Positions 48,036 to 57,911 of a DNA stretch of 64,000 nt are shown here, one piece after another. The stretch is from Bradymonadia bacterium. Its GTDB lineage: Bacteria; Myxococcota_A; Bradymonadia; REDH01. The notes below the pieces were generated by a model. It made no database searches and was not told where the DNA came from. It saw only the letters and a list, made by a program, of their open reading frames with translations. Made by a program: the position numbers and the translations under genes. The stretch spans positions 3,808 through 67,807 of the forward strand of contig JBLHWZ010000001.1 in NCBI GenBank assembly GCA_047629415.1, written 5' to 3'. How positions within the stretch are numbered: position 1 is the stretch's first letter; every line of letters begins with the position of its first letter.

Positions 48036-48359
48036 CTACCTCACAAGTGAATGCCTAGCCCTACAAGTTACACCCACTCTTATCCGGGTGTAAACCAAGA
48101 CTTTGAGCCGACTCTCGCCAGACCAGCGAAAACCCTAACTCCCGACGCAATGCGGAAGCAGTTCGCTAATCTCGAACTAATGCGCACAAAACACCTCGCA
48201 ACTCCGGCCCTCACTATTGCTAACGGAGGCGACAACGCTACGAGAGAGAGCAGCGACACGAGCCTAAACCATCGTGGTCACACTCCGCGGCTTGCTGCTG
48301 CTGACCCCTCGTCCAGGCGAATCGAAGACACTATTGGGCATAGGCGCTAGGTTGGTTGC

Positions 48360-49556
48360 ATGCGCTCACGACAAAAAATCACCGACGCCTTCATCTATGG
48401 CGGCATTCGCACGCCTCGCGGAAAGTCGCGACCCGAAGGGGCGCTCCACTCCGTCCGCCCCTCCCGATTGGCAGCCTACGTCCTCCAATATCTGGTCGCA
48501 GAGCACAGCAGGTCCGAGATCGACGATATCCTTCTAGGTTGCTCAACGGCTAGCGGGGAGCAGGGCGCAGACATCGCGCGAATCGCTGCTCTGATGGCGG
48601 GTCTCATCGAAGCTCCAGGCGCGACCATCAGCCGCTTCTGCACTTCCGGCCTAGACGCCGTCGCGCTAGCGGCTGCCAAGGTCGCGTCCGGCGCCGCGTC
48701 GCTCACGATCGCAGGTGGCGTGGAGTCTACCTCACGGGTCCCGATGTTCGCGGACGGCGGCGACTGGTTCGCGGACACGGAGGTCGCGTCGGAGACTGGA
48801 TTTGTGCACATGGGAGTCTCGGCAGACCTCCTCGCGACGCTCGCGGGTTTGGAACGGGGGGCGCTAGACGCCTACGCCCAGCGCTCGCATCAACGTGCCG
48901 CCGAGGCACGCGACGGCGCGATGTTCAAATCGTTACGGCCTGTTGAACTCGCTGACGTCGCGTTCGCTCAGGACGAGCTTATCCGGGATGGAATCTCGCT
49001 CTCTAAGCTGGCGTCCCTGACGCCTGCGTTTGATAATGTCGGGGGGGATAACATCGTGCGTTCGCGGTACCCTGAAATCGGAGAGGTTCGACGGCTTCAC
49101 ACCGTCGGCACATCACCGTCCCTAGCGGACGGCGCCTGCGCGCTTTACGTCGGGGACGAAGAGGGCGGCGCAAAACTCGGCGCTGTACCTCGAGCCCGAA
49201 TCGTTGGGTCCGCGACACATGCGGTGGAGCCGGTCCTCATGCTCACAGGAAACGTCGAGTGCACACGAAAAGCTCTGCGGAGCGCCGGTATGGAGCTCGG
49301 TGACATCGACGTGTTCGAGGTCAACGAGTCGTTCGCCGCCGTGCCTCTGCACTATAGCCGCGAGCTCTGCATCGATGAGAGCGACCTCAATGTCTTTGGT
49401 GGTGCGATCGCGATGGGGCATGCACTTGGAGCGACCGGTGCAATGCTGGTCCTCACCGCCCTGGATGTACTTGAGCAACGCGACGCGAACACCGCCGTGG
49501 TATCGATTTGCGGCGGAGCTGGCGTCGCAACGACGCTGGTCCTCGAACGTGTATGA
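48360..49556 (+). CDS. Acetyl-CoA C-acyltransferase (thiolase family)
   Basis: Active-site Cys region RFCTSGLDAV and C-terminal NESFAAV...GGAIAMGHALGATGA...CGGAGVA. Confidence 0.9.
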   Translation: MRSRQKITDAFIYGGIRTPRGKSRPEGALHSVRPSRLAAYVLQYLVAEHSRSEIDDILLGCSTASGEQGADIARIAALMAGLIEAPGATISRFCTSGLDAVALAAAKVASGAASLTIAGGVESTSRVPMFADGGDWFADTEVASETGFVHMGVSADLLATLAGLERGALDAYAQRSHQRAAEARDGAMFKSLRPVELADVAFAQDELIRDGISLSKLASLTPAFDNVGGDNIVRSRYPEIGEVRRLHTVGTSPSLADGACALYVGDEEGGAKLGAVPRARIVGSATHAVEPVLMLTGNVECTRKALRSAGMELGDIDVFEVNESFAAVPLHYSRELCIDESDLNVFGGAIAMGHALGATGAMLVLTALDVLEQRDANTAVVSICGGAGVATTLVLERV

Positions 49557-49772
49557 TGACGACCAAGGCTGCTCTGCCGCTGGGCAACTCCATGAGTCAT
49601 GGTGGGCGCAGAGGCTTCAGTTCGAGGCCGGCAGACGAGACGACGGGAGGACAGTCGCGCCGCTCCCGCGCGAACCCAAATCCAGTCCCCCTTCCTTCCC
49701 CTCAAACTCCGAGCGGCCATGTACACAATATGGACGAGGCGTGTAGGCTCGCCGCATCATGAGCTGGGTCGC

Positions 49773-51929
49773 ATGAACTACTTCTCCACTTGTCTCGCAC
49801 TCGCCTCACTCGTCGCTCTCTCAGCGTGCACCAGCGACCGTCCGCCCGGGAACCCGGGAGTCGATACGGAGCCGAGCGCTGACACGATCGACGCAGGCCC
49901 CGACTTGGTTGTGGCGGACACTGACGTCGCCCCCGACAGTTCCGATGTCGGGCCTGACACTGCCCTGGACACCCCCGACTCCGAGCAGGACGTTCGGCTC
50001 GACATAGCGCCGGAAACTGGAGAAACAGGAGTTCCCGACCCCCGCGAGACCGGAGAAGACTGCCGAGACTCAGAGGACTGCGAGAGCGGCCTCTGCATCG
50101 TGGTAGCCGCGGGACGCAGCGTCTGTTCGAACGAGTGTGACGCTGGCTGCCAAGCGGGCTGGACCTGCTTGGGCGCGATCTGCCAATGCGGGGCAGGCGA
50201 AGAGATCTGCGATGGGCTAGACAACGACTGTGACGCGCACGTCGACGAAGGCGGCGCCGAGTTAATCGGGTGCCCAGCCGGAGGCGTCTGCGACGCGGGT
50301 GTTTGCGGCTGCCCTTCCGACGAACTGATCTGCGACGACGGCTGCTTTGATTCCATGACCAGCAACGAACATTGTGGTGGGTGCGACCAAGCATGCTCGC
50401 CCGGCGACCTCTGCATAGATGGCTACTGTCCCTGCCTCTCCGGTGACGAAACGCGCTGTGATTCTCTGTGTACGGATCTCACGAGCGACGTGGACAACTG
50501 CGGGGGCTGCGGTGTCTCTTGCGGATTCGGCGTCTGCGACGAAGGCGCGTGCATCTGTGGCGAACCTGAGACGAGCTGTGAGAGCGGCTGCGCCGACGTC
50601 GCAACCGATTGGCAAAACTGCGGCGCCTGCGGGACCGTTTGCGGCGACGATCAGGTCTGCGTGGCGGGCGCGTGTGAATGCGGCTGCCCCGATGCCAGTT
50701 GCGCAGACGGAGCGTGCCTTCCGCTCGGATTTGGGAACTCACTGACCCTCGAGTTCGAGTTCAACGGGGCAGCCCTCCGAACCGACATCGTCTTCAATAT
50801 CGACACCACCGGGTCGATGGGCCCGTCGATCGAGATCCTGGATCGTGACTTCGATGACGGCATCCTTCTGGCATCACGCGACGCTTTTGAGGACCCCGCA
50901 TTCGCGCTCACCTCGTTCGCCGATTTCCCATGTGTATGGAACGGATCCGGCGGTAGCGGGCGAGACGTCCCCATGCGACTGGAGCAGCGAATAACTGCGT
51001 ACCCGAGCCAGTTAGTCGCGGCGCTAGGTAGGCTGCGTGCTGCCGGCGGACGCGATATCCCGGAGACAGGAATCGAGGCGCTCTATCAGATCGCGACCGG
51101 CGTCGGATCTGATGAGTGCCGCCCAGGTATCGTCGCTCCGTTCGATCCGCGCGTGGGGAGAATCGAGGGCGTAGCCGACGGGGTGGCCGGGGGAGTCGGC
51201 TTCCGCGAGGGCGCCCAACCGATCGTATTCCATCTCACCGACGCCCCCAGCCACGCGCGCGAGGATGAGCAATATAAGTTCGGTGCCACCGAGCCTGAAG
51301 CGATCGCCGCCCTCCAAGAAGCGGGCATTCGTGTCGTCGGTCTCTTCACCATCGACGATGCTCTGGAAGACCTCGAGGCCTTCATCGCAGAGACTGGAGC
51401 GGCAGCCCCGACTTGCGCATGGGATGCTGCAAGACACTTCGACTGCTCGCCCGGTGAGTGCTGCACATGGCTCGGACGCTCGGGCACCGAACCGGACTCG
51501 ACCGGCCGATGCCCTCTTGGCTACTACGTGCGCCGCGGCTTCTTGAACGAAGACGACCTCACGGATGTCGCGTCAGACGCTTATCGCGTGCTGACCCAAC
51601 ACGTAGGCCGTGATGTGGTCATCCGTGCCGTGTCTAACCGAGAGGCTGCGGACCCCGCCTTTGACACGCGCTGCCTGATAGAAGAGCTCCGCATCGTCGA
51701 AACGGCTTCGAGCGGCGAGTGTCGACCCGAAACGATAACGGTGGACGTCGACGCAGATGGTGTGACGGAAGCAGCAACCGGTGTGACGGCGGCAACCACA
51801 GTGAGGGTTGAAGTCGACGTGAACAACACGTGCGCAAACGATGCAGGCGCCTACCCCGTGCACTTCGAACTCACAGGCACCGACGGGGTGCTCCTGGGCG
51901 AAGAGTCGGTCGCGTTCTTCGTACGCTAG
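49773..51929 (+). CDS. Lipoprotein with Cys-rich repeats (CxDGxDNDCD, myxobacterial Cys-rich repeat type) and a C-terminal vWA-like domain
   Basis: The start is set at ATG 49773 (MNYFSTCLALASLVALSACTSD lipobox). Repeats like ICDGLDNDCDAHVDEGG are present. IVFNIDTTGSMGP is a MIDAS-like motif. Confidence 0.65.
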   Translation: MNYFSTCLALASLVALSACTSDRPPGNPGVDTEPSADTIDAGPDLVVADTDVAPDSSDVGPDTALDTPDSEQDVRLDIAPETGETGVPDPRETGEDCRDSEDCESGLCIVVAAGRSVCSNECDAGCQAGWTCLGAICQCGAGEEICDGLDNDCDAHVDEGGAELIGCPAGGVCDAGVCGCPSDELICDDGCFDSMTSNEHCGGCDQACSPGDLCIDGYCPCLSGDETRCDSLCTDLTSDVDNCGGCGVSCGFGVCDEGACICGEPETSCESGCADVATDWQNCGACGTVCGDDQVCVAGACECGCPDASCADGACLPLGFGNSLTLEFEFNGAALRTDIVFNIDTTGSMGPSIEILDRDFDDGILLASRDAFEDPAFALTSFADFPCVWNGSGGSGRDVPMRLEQRITAYPSQLVAALGRLRAAGGRDIPETGIEALYQIATGVGSDECRPGIVAPFDPRVGRIEGVADGVAGGVGFREGAQPIVFHLTDAPSHAREDEQYKFGATEPEAIAALQEAGIRVVGLFTIDDALEDLEAFIAETGAAAPTCAWDAARHFDCSPGECCTWLGRSGTEPDSTGRCPLGYYVRRGFLNEDDLTDVASDAYRVLTQHVGRDVVIRAVSNREAADPAFDTRCLIEELRIVETASSGECRPETITVDVDADGVTEAATGVTAATTVRVEVDVNNTCANDAGAYPVHFELTGTDGVLLGEESVAFFVR

Positions 51930-52004
51930 CCGCACGAACGGATGAGTCCGCCCAGAACGCTGAGCGCCTGGGCGTATCCGCTCCCCCGCTGGGCCTTCTC
52001 GACC

Positions 52005-53327
52005 CTAGTCGCCCGGAATCTGGCGGATCGCGCGAATCGCAGTCGGGTTACCGGTCAGCGTTCGTGCTTCCTCGATCAGGCCCTGAATCTGCGCGTCGCT
52101 CAGCGCCTTATCGATCCCGACCACCTCGTACGCGATGCCGTACTTCTCGAAGTCGCGGTGCGACGACGTGATGTTGTTTGCGCCAGCGTGGTAAATCGCG
52201 TCGTCGACAGCCTTCTTGGTGCCTCGCTCACAGCTGTGAACGACGGTCAGGTAGCTACCGATTCCCTCGTCGCCGCCAATCCCAATCTCCTGCTTGCCCC
52301 CAAAAACGCAGTTGCGCAGACGGCCGGTGCGACTCAAAAGACGTGTCGTCGCTGCGACGTGCGTCGCGATCCGTGGCTGCGCTTCAAGAGTTGCAGCGCC
52401 GATATGGGGCGTCCCAAAGATTCGAGGGTGATCGCCGTACGGGTTCTGCCAGGGATCCTCTGAATCCTTTGGCTCAACCGGGTAAACGTCGACCATCGCC
52501 TCTCCGACGTGTCCCTCATCTACAGCGCGACAGAGGTCGACCGGATCCAGAATGTTGCCCCGCGCGAGGTTCACAAAGATCTTCGGGCTCGCGTAGTCTT
52601 TGTCGCCGAGCGCCTTGAAGTGCTCATACTTGAGGACGCCGTCGTTCGAGCGACCCTTGTAGTCGAACGCCGAGACGTGGGCGGTGACGACATCAGAGAG
52701 CCGGAAGAGCTCCTCGATCGAGTCCACTGACTTCCAGCCCATCGTCTCGCCGACTTCACGGGAGAGATCACGGTTGTCGAAGAAGACGACCTTCATGCCA
52801 AGCTGCACCGACTCTTGGGCGACCTGCTTGCCAATATTGCCGAGGCCGAAGATGCCGACGGTTTTACCGCGGACTTCAAATCGGCCACTCTGGGTCTTGT
52901 ACCACTCATTGTTATTGGTCTCGCGTACCGCCTCGAAGATCCGGCGGCTCATGCAGATCATGGTGCCCAAGAAGAGCTCAACAACCGACCGCCCATTGGA
53001 GATCGGATCGTTGGTCACGAGCACGCCACGATCTGCGCATGCCTGCTTGTCGACGCTGTCGTCGCCAATGCAGCAGAGGTTGACCGAGAATAGTTGGGGA
53101 GCTGCATCGAGCACTCGCGCCGTCACGGGGACGCGCGAGCGCTTGTAGAGAAGCTCGTAAGGGGCCGACTTGAGAAGCTCGATGAGCTGATCCTCGTCCG
53201 GCGTTTCGGCCGGACGGAATGGCTCGATGCCGATCGACCGGAGATGGTCGTCAAGCGTCGGGTCAGGGTTCTCAAGGACGAGTGCGCGCGTAAATTGCCC
53301 GCGGCCGATTCGGAGATGCTGAGTCAC
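52005..53327 (-). CDS. D-isomer-specific 2-hydroxyacid dehydrogenase, D-3-phosphoglycerate dehydrogenase-like
   Basis: NAD-binding GIFGLGNIGKQVA ... catalytic RGNILD ... HIGAAT. About 440 aa, suggesting an extra regulatory domain. Confidence 0.85.
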   Translation of the reverse strand: MTQHLRIGRGQFTRALVLENPDPTLDDHLRSIGIEPFRPAETPDEDQLIELLKSAPYELLYKRSRVPVTARVLDAAPQLFSVNLCCIGDDSVDKQACADRGVLVTNDPISNGRSVVELFLGTMICMSRRIFEAVRETNNNEWYKTQSGRFEVRGKTVGIFGLGNIGKQVAQESVQLGMKVVFFDNRDLSREVGETMGWKSVDSIEELFRLSDVVTAHVSAFDYKGRSNDGVLKYEHFKALGDKDYASPKIFVNLARGNILDPVDLCRAVDEGHVGEAMVDVYPVEPKDSEDPWQNPYGDHPRIFGTPHIGAATLEAQPRIATHVAATTRLLSRTGRLRNCVFGGKQEIGIGGDEGIGSYLTVVHSCERGTKKAVDDAIYHAGANNITSSHRDFEKYGIAYEVVGIDKALSDAQIQGLIEEARTLTGNPTAIRAIRQIPGD

Positions 53328-53400
53328 AGCGTTCGTAGTTGGGGTTCAAAAACGAAGAACGCCGCCGGTAATTCTGGCGGCGTGTTCAGGCAAATACTGC

Positions 53401-53565
53401 CTATCCTTCTGCCTCTTCACCGGCGTCAACTTCCGGCTTCACGAAGCGATAGAGTAGTTCCGATACAACATCGACCTGCGTGCGGCCGTTCTTGTCGCAG
53501 TACTCCTTCAAGAAGTCGTGCGCTTCGGTGCTGATCCAGACTGGCTTTTTTCCGTCGTTGCTCAT
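53401..53565 (-). CDS. Small (54 aa) hypothetical protein, paralog of the adjacent ORF; possible ribbon-helix-helix fold
   Basis: Not in the ORF track (under 60 aa). Translated by eye: MSNDGKKPVWISTEAHDFLKEYCDKNGRTQVDVVSELLYRFVKPEVDAGEEAEG. It shares the KKPVW-x3-AH-x2-LK-x-Y ... VDV-x-S-x-L pattern with 53585..53899. Confidence 0.4.
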   Translation of the reverse strand: MSNDGKKPVWISTEAHDFLKEYCDKNGRTQVDVVSELLYRFVKPEVDAGEEAEG

Positions 53566-53584
53566 GATGGGCTCCTAGTGTGGA

Positions 53585-53899
53585 TCAGACGATCCAGATG
53601 CCGCCGACAAAGCGGACGTTCTTGTCGTTCGGGTCAGGCATGGGCTTGCGAGGCTTGCGCTTCGCCGGCGTGATCGGACGCGGCTTAAGGGCCGGCTTCG
53701 TCGACACTGGCTCTACTTCGATCGGCGCGGGAGCGGGAGCTTCCGGTTCGGTCAGCCCGGCGTCGGGGCTCAGGTCGTTGAGGCGCGAAAGCACCAAGCG
53801 CGAAGCCACGTCCACCATGGAGGACTTGGTCATCTTCGCGTATCGCTTGAGGATCGCGTGTGCGTCCTCATCTACCCATACCGGCTTCTTGGTTGCCAT
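53585..53899 (-). CDS. Small (104 aa) hypothetical protein with an RHH-like N-terminus and a Pro/Lys-rich C-terminal tail
   Basis: The start is set at MATKKPVWVDEDAHAILKRYAKMTKSSMVDVASRLVLSRL. The tail PEAPAPAPIEVEPVSTKPALKPRPITPAKRKPRKP is basic and Pro-rich. Confidence 0.5.
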   Translation of the reverse strand: MATKKPVWVDEDAHAILKRYAKMTKSSMVDVASRLVLSRLNDLSPDAGLTEPEAPAPAPIEVEPVSTKPALKPRPITPAKRKPRKPMPDPNDKNVRFVGGIWIV

Positions 53900-54004
53900 C
53901 GTCGATCTCGCTATTGCGGGAATCCTGCGCGTACTGCGCGGGGCCGCCCACGTAGCGCAGCAAGTTAAGCGGTGCAAGTGATCAGCGGTGATTGAACTCC
54001 AGCA

Positions 54005-55837
54005 CTAGCCGCCGAAAGCAGCCAACGCCGCGATTCTGCCAAACGCGCTGCCCGGAACGTCGACCCGCACGATCGCCTCGTTGTGGTCGATCTCCCATTC
54101 GGCAGAGGAAAAAGCGCCGTGTAAGCCCGCCGCCATCAATGCGAACGTGTAGTGCTCGACCACGCTCGACCACTGTGACGAAAAGTCCTCGGCTTCCTCA
54201 CGGTTCTCGAAGACGAATCGTCCTTCGAATTTCGGCTGGCGACCTAACGAGAGCGCCGCCACCAGTTGCTGTGGAGCAGCTGTGCCAGAGCGCATGCCAT
54301 CGACTCGGAACGATCGGAAACCACTGAATGTCCACAACACCGCCGGACCGCGACGGCCGGTTCCGGCGAGGTCACCAGCCTCCAGCAAGCCGCGCATCCA
54401 AGGCGCATCGTCGCGGATTGGGGGCTCGCCATCCGCGCTGTTGCGTCGGCCGTTTCCGCGAGCATCACGCCACTCCTCAAGTGCTTCGTCACGGCGGGCT
54501 TCTGCCTGCGGCAACAGCTCCTCGCGTTGTGCGTCCCATGCGACGATCGCGCGATTTGTCTCCCGAGTTCGATCCCGTTGACGTTCGTTGCATCGAGTTC
54601 GGCCAACTCCGCGTCGGTCGTCACAACCGGGAGCGTCGTATTCTTCAGGGCGCTCGCCAACCAACCCCAACTCCACGAGGAGCTCATCGAGAGTCGGCGG
54701 CGGTCCCAGCACGGTCGAAATTGTGTTGGCCTCGTCCGCGAGGCCGCGAGCGCTCGGCGCCCCGCGCAGGAGATCATCCATCAGATCGGGTTGCGCGTAA
54801 ATCAGCAGGCGGTCCATCGGTACCAAGAAGCGACGCTGAAACGAGGTGCCCGCTCCCGGGGTTCCAAGGTACCGCCCATCACTCCGCTCCTCCCAGTTGA
54901 CGCCGCTCGGGAACCCGCGCCGGAGCTCCGACATCAGATATCCGGGGTCGAGGTGATGAACCGCTGCAACAAACGTGCGCTGGCTGTTGGAGATGTCCGT
55001 CGAGGCGAGCAACATCGTGTCGACATCGTCGATCAGGTTGATCCCCGTGTTCTCGGTCAAGTGCTGCGTATCGCCAAGCGCTCCGAAGATAGCTTCGACT
55101 TGATCGCGATACGGAGAGCGGCGGATTCGATCGTTCCTAATGATTGCCACCGAAGCGGCTCCCTCAGGGCCCCACATGCCAACGTCCGTCGCAACAGGGT
55201 TTACTGTGCCTTCTGGATACCGCTGCGTAGGGGGCAATGACGCCGGATCGACCGGTTCTTCCGGCGCTGGTGCTGCCGGCTCACTCGTTTCGGCTGGCTC
55301 ACTGGGTTCTACCGGCTCGCGACGCTCGCGAGGCCGCCGAAGTCGATCACCCGGACGGCGCGCCGGTTCGGTCCCAGCATCCGTCGGAGGCTCGTCGGTA
55401 CCGTCGTCTCCCACCTCGGGCTCTACCTGAGGCTCCACTCGCTCGGGCTCCACTTGAGGCTCGACGGGCTCGACGGGCTCGACGGGCTCGACGGGCTCGA
55501 CGGGCTCGACGGGTTCCGTCTCAAACTCAGTCATTTCCTGAGCGAGCGCCTCCATCTCTTCTTGAGTGAGTTCGGATTCGACGTACTCTTCTGGAGGCTC
55601 GTCGGATGGCTCCGCCCAACCGATCTGTGCCATCAGCGCGACACCAGCAGACTCCTGCACGTCGATGTCTACCGACACCTCAGGCGCTCTCACGGTGTAA
55701 GCGATCACCACCACCATCGAATGGAGAATCGCGGAAGCGACGAGGCACATCACCAGCCCCCGCTCGAGCAGGAGCCGGTTCTTCGAGATCGCCTCGACCT
55801 CGGTCGAGCCTGGTTCTTTTGTGCTTACTTCGTTCAT
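54005..55837 (-). CDS. Membrane-anchored hypothetical protein with a (PVE)n / Pro-Glu-rich repeat linker and a large C-terminal domain
   Basis: TM helix LVMCLVASAILHSMVVVIAYTV. The segment PVEPVEPVEPVEPVEPVEPQVEPERVEPQVEPEV is encoded by a 9-bp tandem repeat. The start at MNEVSTK is a guess. Confidence 0.55.
   Translation of the reverse strand: MNEVSTKEPGSTEVEAISKNRLLLERGLVMCLVASAILHSMVVVIAYTVRAPEVSVDIDVQESAGVALMAQIGWAEPSDEPPEEYVESELTQEEMEALAQEMTEFETEPVEPVEPVEPVEPVEPVEPQVEPERVEPQVEPEVGDDGTDEPPTDAGTEPARRPGDRLRRPRERREPVEPSEPAETSEPAAPAPEEPVDPASLPPTQRYPEGTVNPVATDVGMWGPEGAASVAIIRNDRIRRSPYRDQVEAIFGALGDTQHLTENTGINLIDDVDTMLLASTDISNSQRTFVAAVHHLDPGYLMSELRRGFPSGVNWEERSDGRYLGTPGAGTSFQRRFLVPMDRLLIYAQPDLMDDLLRGAPSARGLADEANTISTVLGPPPTLDELLVELGLVGERPEEYDAPGCDDRRGVGRTRCNERQRDRTRETNRAIVAWDAQREELLPQAEARRDEALEEWRDARGNGRRNSADGEPPIRDDAPWMRGLLEAGDLAGTGRRGPAVLWTFSGFRSFRVDGMRSGTAAPQQLVAALSLGRQPKFEGRFVFENREEAEDFSSQWSSVVEHYTFALMAAGLHGAFSSAEWEIDHNEAIVRVDVPGSAFGRIAALAAFGG
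55459..55513. repeat. 9-bp tandem repeat (GGGCTCGAC x6) inside the 54005..55837 CDS, encoding the PVE repeat on the minus strand
   Basis: Read directly; coordinates are within a few nt. Confidence 0.8.
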
Positions 55838-55970
55838 GCGTCGGTCGGGGACTGTTGCCTTGCACGCTGAGTCTTGCAACGCAACGCGAAACGCATCGGT
55901 CTGACGACCACGCCTCCAATCGATTCACCGACGCGAGCGACGCCACCCCTTAAGCGACGCCAAAAACCGA

Positions 55971-57911
55971 TTGCGCTCTTCGGCGGATGCACTAACCGAC
56001 TCGGTAATGCGAGGAAAAGTTCACGGAAATTTGCAGTCGCTTAAGTCGAGCCAGCGCAAAGCGTTGGAGAAGCTCGGCGAGAGGCGGCTTCGGCAGGATG
56101 TACCTGTGACTCCCGAGTTTGCGGGACAGATGTCACGGTTGTCCCGAGACCTTAACAAGTCGATCGGCGCGCTCGTTGATCGCCGTGGGAAAGTGACGGC
56201 TGTCGTGCTCGGCGACCACCGGCGACTCTTTCTGCCGGACCTTGGCCGCCAGCGCGCCGGCGGTTCACGGTTTCGAGGTCTGCGGCTGATACGCACACAC
56301 CTCGCCGGCGACCTCCTCTCGCACGACGACCTCACCGACCTGTCGAAACTCAATCTCGACATGGTGCTCTCGCTCCACGTCGAAAAGTCGGGGCTCCCGG
56401 GCAAGGTAGCCTGGGCGCACCTCATCCCAGACAACCCCGCTCGGGACATCTGGCGGACCGAAGAGCTCGACCACGTTAACCACGTGAACTTCTCGTTCGA
56501 CGAGTTCATCTCCGAGCTTGAAAACGAGTTCGAGGCCAAGCGTGACGTAGCCGTCGAGACGGCAAAAGACAGCGCGATCATCGTCTATGTGCGAACGCGC
56601 GACGACTGGATGCACAAGCAGAACCTCGCCGAGCTCCACGAGCTGTGCCGGACTGCCGAAGTCGCCGTCGCCGAGGAGTACGTTCAGTCCCGCATGGAGT
56701 TGGACCCGCGGACAGCGGTCGGCAGCGGTGCACTCGAGGACATCGAACTACGCTGCCTCCAGCTCGGCGCGGATATCCTCGTCTTTGGACAGGACCTGAC
56801 GCCCGCGCAGATGCGGACGATCACCAACCGAACGCAGCTTCGAGTCATCGATCGTACCCAGCTAATCCTCGATATCTTCGCGCAACGCGCGCAGTCGAGC
56901 GTCGGTAAACTGCAGGTGGAGCTCGCGCAGCTGAAGTACCAACTCCCGCGCCTGACTGGCAAAGGCACCGCGATGAGTCGCCTGGCTGGCGGCATCGGTG
57001 GACGCGGCCCCGGCGAGACCAAACTCGAGGTAGACCGGCGACGGGCCCGCGACCGCATCACCGCCCTGGAGCGCGGCATCAATAAGTTGAGCGCAACCCG
57101 CTCGCTGCGACGCAAGAATCGACGCGACAGTCGAATCCCAACCATCGCGATCGTTGGCTATACAAACGCCGGAAAGTCGACGCTCCTAAACACGCTGACG
57201 AATTCGACCGTGCTCAGCGAGGACAAGCTCTTTGCGACGCTGGATCCCACGACACGCCGGCTCCGATTCCCAGAAGAGCGTGAGGTGATTCTGACCGATA
57301 CGGTCGGCTTCATTCGCGACCTCCCTGAAGAGCTGAAAGTCTCGTTCCGAGCAACACTCGAGGAACTCGACGAGGCCAACCTTCTGCTCCACATCGTTGA
57401 CGGATCGGACGACGGTCACGACGAACACATCCGCTCTACCCACGCTCTCCTCGACGAGCTTGGCCACGACGAGACGCCACGCATGCTCGTCTTCAACAAG
57501 ACCGACAGGCTGAGCGCTGAGGAGAGGGCCAATCTAGAGACGGGCAACCCACACTCCGTGATGATCTCCGCGCTGACTCGAGCTGGCTCACGGAAGTTGC
57601 TCGAGGAAATCGACCGCTGGCTGATCGCATACGGACGGAGCGACGTCGTCCCTCACGGGTTCAGTGCCGACGAGAACGACGCCGACGAGAACGACGACGA
57701 CGAGAACGACGCCGACGAGAACGACGACGACGAGAACGACGACGACCAGAACGACGACGACGAGAACGACGACGACGAGAACGACGACGACCAGAACGAC
57801 GACGACGAGAACGACGCCGACGAGAACGACGACGACGAGAACGACGACGACGAGAACGGCAATCTTGCCGAAGGCGAGCCGGCGAGATCGAGCCGGGTGG
57901 ACCCACTTTAG
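55971..57911 (+). CDS. hflX: GTPase HflX with an N-terminal extension of about 200 aa and a C-terminal (DENDD)n polyacidic tail
   Basis: HflX N-domain (LTPAQMRTITNRTQLRVIDRTQLILDIFAQRA...GKLQVELAQLKYQLPRL). G-domain: G1 GYTNAGKST, TLDPTTRRL, DTVGF, NKTD. The tail is DENDADENDDDENDADENDDDENDDDQNDDDEN... Confidence 0.85.
   Translation: MRSSADALTDSVMRGKVHGNLQSLKSSQRKALEKLGERRLRQDVPVTPEFAGQMSRLSRDLNKSIGALVDRRGKVTAVVLGDHRRLFLPDLGRQRAGGSRFRGLRLIRTHLAGDLLSHDDLTDLSKLNLDMVLSLHVEKSGLPGKVAWAHLIPDNPARDIWRTEELDHVNHVNFSFDEFISELENEFEAKRDVAVETAKDSAIIVYVRTRDDWMHKQNLAELHELCRTAEVAVAEEYVQSRMELDPRTAVGSGALEDIELRCLQLGADILVFGQDLTPAQMRTITNRTQLRVIDRTQLILDIFAQRAQSSVGKLQVELAQLKYQLPRLTGKGTAMSRLAGGIGGRGPGETKLEVDRRRARDRITALERGINKLSATRSLRRKNRRDSRIPTIAIVGYTNAGKSTLLNTLTNSTVLSEDKLFATLDPTTRRLRFPEEREVILTDTVGFIRDLPEELKVSFRATLEELDEANLLLHIVDGSDDGHDEHIRSTHALLDELGHDETPRMLVFNKTDRLSAEERANLETGNPHSVMISALTRAGSRKLLEEIDRWLIAYGRSDVVPHGFSADENDADENDDDENDADENDDDENDDDQNDDDENDDDENDDDQNDDDENDADENDDDENDDDENGNLAEGEPARSSRVDPL
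57667..57858. repeat. 15/18-bp tandem codon repeat (GACGAGAACGACGMC, about 13 units) encoding the acidic tail of HflX
   Basis: Read directly from the sequence. Confidence 0.85.
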
